From NCBI RefSeq assembly GCF_047715405.1, contig NZ_CP180412.1:4294341-4334340 (forward strand): 40,000 bases of DNA, given 5' to 3'. A model generated the notes under the pieces. That model had not been told where the DNA came from. It ran no database searches and saw only the letters and a program-made list of their open reading frames with translations. Shown here piece after piece: positions 1 to 7,132 of the stretch. Source of the DNA: Halosimplex rarum. GTDB lineage: Archaea > Halobacteriota > Halobacteria > Halobacteriales > Haloarculaceae. Positions within the stretch are counted from its first letter, which is position 1; every line of letters begins with the position of its first letter. The position numbers and the translations under genes are program-made.

Positions 1-101
1 AGTTCCTACCAGCTTCAGATGATATTCGCATCGCTGTGCAAGACACAGCGCGCGTATCGGTCACTGAGATCTCAGCCGTTGGTGAGAAGACGAATTGGTA
101 G
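1..101 (+). CDS. 3' end of a CDS entering from upstream of the window (unknown product)
   Basis: Frame 3 is open from nt 3 to TAG at 99-101. It gives an acidic tail (..FLPASDDIRIAVQDTARVSVTEISAVGEKTNW*). The other frames are basic or interrupted. No function assignable. Confidence 0.3.
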   Translation, partial: FLPASDDIRIAVQDTARVSVTEISAVGEKTNW

Positions 102-131
102 AGACAGAGGAACAAGATACTGCGTCGGATC

Positions 132-1148
132 TTAGCGTTGTGATTCGCGGAGGATCAGCGGCTCGATGGCAAGTGTCCGTTTCGCTATGGTGACCACGCG
201 AAGGACGTATGAAACGAACAGCATGAATGGAATGAGCGTCACCGCAAACGCACCGCCCACGACGAGAATGATGTGATCGAGACCGAGTGTGCTTCCTGGG
301 AACGTCCCCGCATCGACGGTTCCGACCATGATACTCGCAACGGCCAATGCCGGGACTGCAGCATAGAGAATCATCTGAGACAAGTCGATGAGTGCCCACT
401 GGAAGTACAGCGTCTTGATGTGTTCGCGCGCCGGACCAAACAGAGACAGCGCTGTTTTGAGGTCGTCAAGCAAGCCGCGTTCTTCCGCTGTGAGGCTCTC
501 TTCGTATTCGTTCGCGAGACGTTCAACTTGGAAGATTTTCCAGCTATAATTGAAATTTAGTGCAGCGAATACCACGTCGAACGAGCCGAACTGCGCATCC
601 GCAAGTTGGTCACGGACCATGTCAGCGTTCCCAGTGACGCTGTCAGCGAATTCATCGACCTCTTCTCGGAGGTTATCATTAGCATTCTTGTCGATAGACT
701 CTCGAAGAGCCGTCGCCCGTTGTGCCGTGATTCCGATGATCTGCCGGAGGAATTCGGATGGATCGGCAGGACTCGGAGATCCGATTAATTCTTCAGTAAA
801 GTCCCGGACATCCATCGAACTGGACATACGCTCGCGTTGATCGCCGAGCGGGCCGTTCTCCTGGGAGAGGACGAGCTGACCGATCGTGACGACGAGTGTC
901 GTCCCAGTCACGATGACCGTGATCATCGTCGAGAACATCGTCTCAATCATGTCGCCGGACTCGAGTTGCCGTGAAAACGGTGGATCGAGGACAGCGACGC
1001 CGATGACGAATGCGACGAACACGGCACAGGTCAGGACGCTGGAGACGAGAAGGCGGTTCGCGCGCAGCAGCAACCAGAGTTTAATCCGACTCTCGCCCGA
1101 GCGCTCACGCATCGTGTTGGCCGTACTGATGTTGGTCTCGTCAGTCAT
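132..1148 (-). CDS. Integral membrane protein, unknown function
   Basis: 338-aa ORF. Hydrophobic helices near the N-terminus (LLVSSVLTCAVFVAFVIGVAVL, MITVIVTGTTLVVTIGQLVL) and the C-terminus (ILYAAVPALAVASIMVG, IILVVGGAFAVTLIPFMLFVSYVL) flank an acidic soluble domain. A 4-nt start/stop overlap with ORF 1145..1354 suggests an operon. Confidence 0.75.
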   Translation of the reverse strand: MTDETNISTANTMRERSGESRIKLWLLLRANRLLVSSVLTCAVFVAFVIGVAVLDPPFSRQLESGDMIETMFSTMITVIVTGTTLVVTIGQLVLSQENGPLGDQRERMSSSMDVRDFTEELIGSPSPADPSEFLRQIIGITAQRATALRESIDKNANDNLREEVDEFADSVTGNADMVRDQLADAQFGSFDVVFAALNFNYSWKIFQVERLANEYEESLTAEERGLLDDLKTALSLFGPAREHIKTLYFQWALIDLSQMILYAAVPALAVASIMVGTVDAGTFPGSTLGLDHIILVVGGAFAVTLIPFMLFVSYVLRVVTIAKRTLAIEPLILRESQR

Positions 1149-1354
1149 ACTGGCTCATCCGATTGGGAAGGTCGCTTGAAAACGAGGTACTTGGTGCCGC
1201 CTCCCTCATAGTCGATCGTCTCCACAAACTCCCAGCCCTCTGCACCGAGTTGATTCAACTCTGCTTTCGGATCCTCTGCTTCTTTTTGGGTCTCATCGCG
1301 CGGTGGGCGAAGCGTCTCGTACTCCCAGTGTGTCGCCTCTGATTCGGACATCAC
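1145..1354 (-). CDS. Small DUF4177-like protein
   Basis: 69 aa. 'HWEYETL...ELNQLGAEGWEFVETI...KYLVFKRP' fits the DUF4177 pattern as I remember it (W-x-Y ... LN-x-x-G-x-x-GWE ... FKR). Translationally coupled to the downstream membrane protein. Confidence 0.6.
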   Translation of the reverse strand: MMSESEATHWEYETLRPPRDETQKEAEDPKAELNQLGAEGWEFVETIDYEGGGTKYLVFKRPSQSDEPV

Positions 1355-1423
1355 TCCTAGTAGGTACTGCAGCCCTCTATACTCGGTCCACTACCGAGAT
1401 GGTACGTTATACGGAGAACGGAG

Positions 1424-2143
1424 TTATCGGTCTGTCTCCTTCCAGTCGTCCGTGTCTCCTTCACGGAATTCACCCTTGGCATGGCGCTCGTGGGGCCAGA
1501 AGGCGACGCCCAGCAGTACGACGTAGAACACACCCACAACGGCAACTACAGCAATCCCAGGAATACGGGCGATTCCAGCGGTTGTCAGCCAGTCTTGGCG
1601 CGGTGCGAACGCTGTAATTCTGAAGACCCACGCAACCAAGAGTATACCGAGCAGAGCGAGGTACACACGCCGGAGCCGGTTTGCGAGTGCTTCATATACC
1701 GAGACTTTCAGCGTCGGCCTGCGATAGTCCCTGCTCAGTTCCGCTCGCCAGTCGTGACTTTCGACACCCTCGGACGGATCGAGGGCGTTTGCGAATAGGT
1801 TCTCTTGGATCAGTCGAGCACGAGAGCGAAAGACATCGTAGTCCCGGTACCGTCGTGCTTCGATGCCCAGAAAGATGGTGACGACAACGATCCCGATCAG
1901 CAAAATATAGTGTGGGTTATCGGGACTCGAAAACGCCCACGTCAAGATTGCTGCCATCAGCGTCACCGCCCACGTCGTCGTCTGGTCGAGGCGCTGGCGC
2001 CATGTCCCCACTCGGTCGATCTCTCCGCGATAGGCGTGGGCCATCACCGACCCGAGTCCCGTACTGTCATCAACCATTTCGCGGCCAATCTCCCGGTGGT
2101 CTGGTGCTGTTGGGTCGAACTCGTCGCTACTCGAATCGGTCAT
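1424..2143 (-). CDS. DUF2270-like integral membrane protein
   Basis: 239 aa. 'AHAYRGEIDRVGTWRQRLDQTTTWAVTLMAAILTWAF' followed by further TM helices resembles the DUF2270 family signature from memory. Confidence 0.7.
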   Translation of the reverse strand: MTDSSSDEFDPTAPDHREIGREMVDDSTGLGSVMAHAYRGEIDRVGTWRQRLDQTTTWAVTLMAAILTWAFSSPDNPHYILLIGIVVVTIFLGIEARRYRDYDVFRSRARLIQENLFANALDPSEGVESHDWRAELSRDYRRPTLKVSVYEALANRLRRVYLALLGILLVAWVFRITAFAPRQDWLTTAGIARIPGIAVVAVVGVFYVVLLGVAFWPHERHAKGEFREGDTDDWKETDR

Positions 2144-2562
2144 AGAAGAAAGACATCTCCTCGCTCCATAAGCAGTGATGGTGACGGCGTACTCTGAGTG
2201 TTAGTACTGGAGAACATCGAACAGTACGCACCACAGTCCCACAGGACAATTCGGACAGACGCCGTCGAAATAAGGGAATGTGTAGTGCTGACTGTATCCA
2301 CTATATCTTGCACGGTCCCGTTCAACCTACCGAGACGATGTCAGAATCAGTGTGCTGAATAGAGGGCGCGAATCTTGCATGGGTATCCGTTGGCAAGCCA
2401 GGCAAGTCACCTTGACTGTTCGTCCCGGGACTGGGAGCGGTGCTCGGGAGGGTGTGTCCGCAGAGCGTGTCGGGAAGCGACCTGTTGGTTACCACTTCAC
2501 CCGGATTCCCTTCTCGTGGAATCGCTACGGGCCTTAATTGTCGTGCCCGCTCTACTATCGGT

Positions 2563-3033
2563 ATGACACTCGACGTATCCATCCCGGAGCCACCCGATCT
2601 CTCGAACCGGGGGCGACCGAGCGGTTTCGACTGGGAAGGATCCGAGACCCTCGGATCCGAGGACTTCTACCGCGAGGATCTCGAGAACCTCCTCCAGGAA
2701 GGCGCGTGGCGTGAGGGGTTCGAGGAGTGGGCGGGGTACACGGATCTCGACGAGGAGGAGGTCCGAATCGTCGACGACCTCGACCTGTTCCAGGCCTTCG
2801 ACTTCTACCGTAATCCAACGGACGACCACCTCCGCTTCGACGCCCCGACAGTGCCTGAAGACTGGCTCGAGCGCGACGTGACCGAATCGCTCGATTCGAG
2901 TTCGGTCTCGGCCATCAACGGCGAGTTACATGACCTCGGCCGGGCCGTCCACGAGACACTCCAGAACTACCTCGAGCGGACCCGCGACGCCTCCGACCGG
3001 AACGAGGAACCCTTTGGCGAGCGCGAGGAGTAG
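2563..3033 (+). CDS. Acidic hypothetical protein
   Basis: The track ORF 2440..3033 starts in a basic, non-protein-like stretch. ATG at 2563 (MTLDVSIPEPP...) starts the acidic, haloarchaeal-looking part. No recognisable domain. Confidence 0.55.
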   Translation: MTLDVSIPEPPDLSNRGRPSGFDWEGSETLGSEDFYREDLENLLQEGAWREGFEEWAGYTDLDEEEVRIVDDLDLFQAFDFYRNPTDDHLRFDAPTVPEDWLERDVTESLDSSSVSAINGELHDLGRAVHETLQNYLERTRDASDRNEEPFGEREE

Positions 3034-3467
3034 ATCGAGGTAACGGAGGAACGCGGGCGGTAGTAGGGTGGGCGTTGGTGAGGCGGAGGGTGGAGTGGCG
3101 GACGGTGGCGAACCGGGCGGTGGATTGGCAGGCGTTGGAGGGGTCAAGAAGCTCCAGAAGGTGGTCCGGGATGAAACCCTAACCGTAGCTAAATCCACCG
3201 AATACCGCGCGCGAACTACATGGGTCGTGCTCCCGAGTCATTGGCGACTCAGGAGGCCCTCTCGATCCAAAAGGTCTACACCCAGCAGTGGGAACCGAAG
3301 ACCAGCAACAGCTCCAGGGCCGCCGGGATCGCGTCCGTCGGCGACTGAATCGTTTTCCTGGTCTTGGGGAGTGGCTTCGAGATCTGGGTCAGTCGGAAGG
3401 GGAAGTTCGACCCACATCTCCGATAGGCAGCCCTACTGTTATCCGCCTGAATCCACTACCATGAAAT

Positions 3468-3800
3468 ATGGCAGATGATAAACAGGGCCGAGATGAGCAA
3501 GCGGATGATCAAAAACGTCGCCAGCGAGAGCGGATGCAAGAGGAGGCACGTACCCGCGACGATGAAGAAGAGCCGATGCGCGTCGACGCTGGTGAGGGGC
3601 TTGGTGATCTTGATGAAGCGCTCAAATCGCACGACTATCCAGCCACGACAAATGAGTTGGTTGAGGCCTATGGCGATTATGAACTTGAAACTCAGGGCGG
3701 CAAGAAATCCCTGGAGGACGTGCTCGCTTCAACTGATGACGAAATGTATGACTCAGCCGAGGACGTTCACAGACGGCTACTGGAACTCATAGGCCGATAG
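3468..3800 (+). CDS. Small acidic protein (DUF5789-like by recollection)
   Basis: 110 aa. A charged N-terminal tail is followed by 'LDEALKSHDYPATTNELVEAYGDYELETQGGKKSLEDVL', typical of a small conserved haloarchaeal family. The overlapping frame 3475..3792 is basic and was rejected. Confidence 0.65.
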   Translation: MADDKQGRDEQADDQKRRQRERMQEEARTRDDEEEPMRVDAGEGLGDLDEALKSHDYPATTNELVEAYGDYELETQGGKKSLEDVLASTDDEMYDSAEDVHRRLLELIGR

Positions 3801-4218
3801 CACAACGGTCCAACACACTCATCTCGCAAATTGGACCGCCCGTGCTGAGATAAGCTCCGTCTGTGGTTACCCCTCTGCTGAATCCACTCTCTGTATCTTG
3901 TACGCAGTTTCTGACAAGAAGTGAGAGTATCAGAATCCGTCACGTTACATCCTTCGCCTGCATTGACCGATTTAGAGGTGTTGCAATGATGGTGTGGCAA
4001 CCGTTCTATAACTCCCTGTATCACAAGCAACCGGTTTCTCTACTGGCCTCCTCACACGGTGGGTTTGTCGCGCCCGAAAGGCATGGGGGCGCACGATCCG
4101 CCCTCGGGAGTAACTGATCACCGTGAGTTCACACGATGACTCGACCGACGTATCTATCGACTCGATTCCCATCGATATCGAGGGAACTGACTCGGAGCCA
4201 GTCACTGGGGAAATCTAA

Positions 4219-4611
4219 ATGCCATCGAAGCACGTACGCATAGCTATGTCCGAGCCGGATGCGTCGACCGCGCTCTCTGGCGATACTGCGCATGCCGATG
4301 CTGCCGAGGCATTCGTCAAGCGTGCGCGCTCCCGGTTCGGTGAGCGGATCGGGGAGTTGTATCTGTTCGGCTCGACAGCGCAGGGAGACGCTCACGGACT
4401 CGCCAGCGACATCGATGTTCTGGTTGTCCTCGACGCCCCCGAACGAGAAGCGACTGCCGATGGACTTCGCGAACTGGCCTACGACGTGATGCTGGAGTAC
4501 GGTCCCGTCGTCGAACTGCATATTCTCTCGGCGGAGACGTTCGAGCGCTATGAGCGAGGGGGCGACCCATTTATCGAGAACGTTGTCTCCGAGGGGCGCT
4601 CGTATGTCTGA
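4219..4611 (+). CDS. Minimal nucleotidyltransferase (MNT-type antitoxin of an MNT/HEPN pair)
   Basis: 'LYLFGSTAQGDAHGLASDIDVLVVLD' is the GS-x(9-13)-D-x-D nucleotidyltransferase signature. Its stop overlaps the ATG of the downstream HEPN frame (ATGTCTGA). Confidence 0.85.
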   Translation: MPSKHVRIAMSEPDASTALSGDTAHADAAEAFVKRARSRFGERIGELYLFGSTAQGDAHGLASDIDVLVVLDAPEREATADGLRELAYDVMLEYGPVVELHILSAETFERYERGGDPFIENVVSEGRSYV

Positions 4612-5017
4612 GGACAGCGATCCAACGGAATCCAGCCCGTCAGTCCAGCGAGGGCTTCAGCAGGCGAACTAGACGCTCACGGATGCAAAGACCGGTCAGA
4701 CAACTGGCCTCTCTGATGCCGCAGTCGTCAACCGACTCTACTACGCAGCCTTCCACGCTGCACAGGCAGTTCTCTACGACTACGGACACAACCCTACGTC
4801 CCACGGCAGAGTCATCTCCCTGTTCGGCTCGGAAATCGTTGTCGATGGGGAGGTCTCCCGCGAGCAAGGTCGATTTCTGAATCGTCTGTCCGAACTTCGA
4901 AAGCAGGCCGATTACGGCTACGAAGCGATTTCCGAGGAGATCGAGGAGCTCCTGGAGCGGACCGAGCAATTTGTCACAAAGATGGAGACGCTTTGCGCCG
5001 ATCAGGACGAGCCGTGA
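4604..5017 (+). pseudogene. HEPN-domain toxin gene interrupted by an in-frame TAG (4670-4672)
   Basis: Hand translation from ATG 4604 gives MSEDSDPTESSPSVQRGLQQAN*TLTDAKTGQTTGLSDAAVVNRLYYAAFHAAQAVLYDYGHNPTSHGRVISLFGSEIVVDGEVSREQGRFLNRLSELRKQADYGYEAISEEIEELLERTEQFVTKMETLCADQDEP*. 'RLYYAAFHAAQAVL' and 'LRKQADYG' are HEPN (PF05168-type) hallmarks. There is no in-frame ATG after the stop, which is why the ORF track misses it. Confidence 0.75.
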
Positions 5018-5236
5018 ATTCGTGAGGACCGCGGTATCGAATCTTGTCGAGCCGATCTCGATCGGAGAGGTCATCGTCGAATTTGACGGCGAGATCGATA
5101 TTCGACGAACGAGCCAGTGTCCCGAGATTTACGACCCGAACGCCACAACGAATTCGACGTCCGGATCGGCGCAGGCTGACTCTTCGAGGGTGTCGAGAAC
5201 CCTCGAAGCTCAATTGGCAATGGGATCGAGCGTGAT

Positions 5237-5428
5237 TCACCGGTCGTCTGGGTCTCTGTCCCCCAGCGTCGGTCTCTCGATCAGATGGCCACACGGGAGC
5301 GCACGGCACTCGGTCGGGCCGTAGATCTCGATACCGACTAGCTCACAGCCACAGGTCGGACACTGGGCCGGGTACCAGTGGGTCTCCTTCGAACGCTGCG
5401 TCCCTCGATCGCTGGTCGGTTCTGACAT
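5237..5428 (-). CDS. Small CPxCG-type zinc-finger protein
   Basis: MSEPTSDRGTQRSKETHWYPAQCPTCGCELVGIEIYGPTECRALPCGH... has two Cys pairs (CPTCGC ... CRALPCGH). The start is taken at ATG 5428 rather than the longer track start 5470. Confidence 0.55.
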   Translation of the reverse strand: MSEPTSDRGTQRSKETHWYPAQCPTCGCELVGIEIYGPTECRALPCGHLIERPTLGDRDPDDR

Positions 5429-5575
5429 AGAACGGGCCGTCAATTGGCTCTTCTGGCGTGCTGTTTGCAAGGTGAGTCGATGGCCGTGGACTCTCCGACG
5501 TTCGATTCTCTGACTGGCGGACTGCCAGTACTACATGATTTAATGATACGTCTGTATAAGAATTCTCATTAAATA

Positions 5576-5591
5576 ATGTGGCTAGCCACAT
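5576..5591. promoter_or_regulatory. Perfect 16-bp palindrome ATGTGGCTAGCCACAT (candidate operator)
   Basis: Read directly. It lies in the AT-rich divergent intergenic region between the zinc-finger gene (-) and the wHTH gene (+). A half-site-like GTGGCTAACC recurs at the wHTH start (5643). Confidence 0.35.
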
Positions 5592-5642
5592 GAATTTATT
5601 ATTGGAACTTGATAAGACCCCGCCCGCCGATGTAGGGGCAAC

Positions 5643-5900
5643 GTGGCTAACCGTCGCACGCCGCCGGGGTGGATGCAGTTGCCGATAGACGATCGGATCC
5701 TCGAGTGTCTCTCGTCGTCGGGCCTGATTCTCTCTCCCTCGGTCATCGCCATCAACATCGATAAATCTCGTGATGAAGTGAACCGCCGATTGTCGACGCT
5801 GACCGACGAGGGATATGTAGAACGCGTCAAACGGGGATACTACCAGATCTCGGAACCTGGGGAGCGGTACTTGCAGGGCGGAATCGACGACTCCGGATAG
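5643..5900 (+). CDS. Winged-helix DNA-binding protein (phiH1-repressor-like)
   Basis: 'PPGWMQLPIDDRILECLSSSG...SPSVIAINIDKSRDEVNRRLSTLTDEGYVERVKRGYYQISEPGERYL' matches the WM..D.RILE..wHTH pattern of haloarchaeal virus/plasmid repressors. A GTG start sits 26 nt after a GATAAG TATA-like box, consistent with a leaderless mRNA. Confidence 0.75.
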   Translation: MANRRTPPGWMQLPIDDRILECLSSSGLILSPSVIAINIDKSRDEVNRRLSTLTDEGYVERVKRGYYQISEPGERYLQGGIDDSG

Positions 5901-6138
5901 TATTTGGAATTCACCGACGCCGTGTTCATTCGAAAATCGACTACTGTCTCGGTGAGCGAAGACCGTTGAGTGTAAGATGCCCCTCTAGGGGATTATTTTG
6001 CAGTATTCGTACCTATTCTCAGGTCTGTCGATTCGCTCAATGTAGGTCACGTAGTGACCGAAACACATCTTCAACTGTTTTCTTGTTAGTCCTCCTCATG
6101 GCGGTTTCAAGTGGTAGGGTTTAGTGAGGAACCATGTG

Positions 6139-6465
6139 ATGGACAAGGTTGTTTGCTGTACCTGCACGCCTGTGGTGGGAACACGGTTCGGCGGCGATCG
6201 CGAGCGGGCGCCATCAACGGCGGTCATCGAAGCGGTTGCAGCCGCGGAAGGTGTGGCCCCGACAGAACTTGACCCAATTTACGATGCGATTGATCCAGAA
6301 GCGTTAGACACACTTCTCGCGGACCAGAACGACGCGTCGACATGTGTTCGGTTCGATATCAGCGGGTGGACTGTCTTTATTCGCGGAGATGGTGCGCTCC
6401 GGGTGTGCGATCCTGCTCTACAAACTGACCCAGCGTCAATATTTGATAAGTCAGTTGCCGATTAA
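6139..6465 (+). CDS. HalOD1 (halobacterial output domain 1) protein
   Basis: 'PSTAVIEAVAAAEGVAPTELDPIYDAIDPEALDTLL...VRFDISGWTVFIRGDGALRV' is the HalOD1 signature. The start is taken at the first ATG (6139); the track start 6124 is GTG. Confidence 0.75.
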   Translation: MDKVVCCTCTPVVGTRFGGDRERAPSTAVIEAVAAAEGVAPTELDPIYDAIDPEALDTLLADQNDASTCVRFDISGWTVFIRGDGALRVCDPALQTDPASIFDKSVAD

Positions 6466-6676
6466 TTTAGCCGTACACTGAGCGGCGAATTCATTAAATA
6501 TCTCACTGGGATTAGTGTCCGGTTCTCCCTCCAGAGTCGGATCTGGTCAGTACAGGGAAAGTACATACCATTCAGCAAAGGTCGTACGCAGACCGATGGA
6601 GATCGCTAATATGCCACTTGTTTATTACACCAGCCAGATTTAAAGTTCTTCGAGATAAAGTGAGCTATTGAGTACC

Positions 6677-7078
6677 ATGGTGGGGATACATCATGAAAAT
6701 GGTGCGCAAGTGAGCGAGAGGTGGGACACCGTTTTCAAGGCTCTCTCGTCCGAGCCGCGTCGCCAACTTATCGTGTCTCTATTGGACGCTGGACCAGAGC
6801 AGTCAGTCCCGTTACCCGAGAGTGCGATAATGCCCAACGTTCCACCCGACCAAGAAGTACTCCGTCAGGAATTACACCACGTCCATCTGCCGATGTTAGC
6901 GGAAATGGAGTTCATTACCTGGGAGACTGAACCGCTGAGCGCCTCACGCGGTCCACGATTCGATGAAGTAGCGGTGGTTTTCGAAGCGCTCCACGCGGAA
7001 GCGGGCCGTATTCCCGAGTCAGTAGTTCTTGGCTGTCAACGACTTGAGGAAGAACAGCAGAAGAGCGTCGAACTTTAA
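6677..7078 (+). CDS. ArsR-like wHTH protein (DUF7344-type), usual partner of HalOD1 proteins
   Basis: 'FKALSSEPRRQLIVSLLD...LHHVHLPMLAEMEFITWE' matches the haloarchaeal DUF7344 HTH pattern (L.H.HLP.L). ATG 6677 is preferred over TTG 6668. Confidence 0.7.
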   Translation: MVGIHHENGAQVSERWDTVFKALSSEPRRQLIVSLLDAGPEQSVPLPESAIMPNVPPDQEVLRQELHHVHLPMLAEMEFITWETEPLSASRGPRFDEVAVVFEALHAEAGRIPESVVLGCQRLEEEQQKSVEL

Positions 7079-7132
7079 GAGACAGCTTACGCGGTCAGTT
7101 CGCAAGTCCACTTACCAGTGTATTCAACCAGT

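Noticed and set aside
3068-3478. 136-aa ORF and neighbours in the 3034-3467 gap
   Set aside because: Gly/Arg/Ser-rich translations with no motifs. A 59-aa acidic minus-strand ORF (3238..3417) is possible but unsupported, so it is not called.
4670-4672. The in-frame TAG in the HEPN gene as pyrrolysine or programmed readthrough
   Set aside because: No pyl genes or PYLIS-like context are visible, and haloarchaea are not known to decode UAG as Pyl. A nonsense mutation or sequencing error is the simpler explanation.
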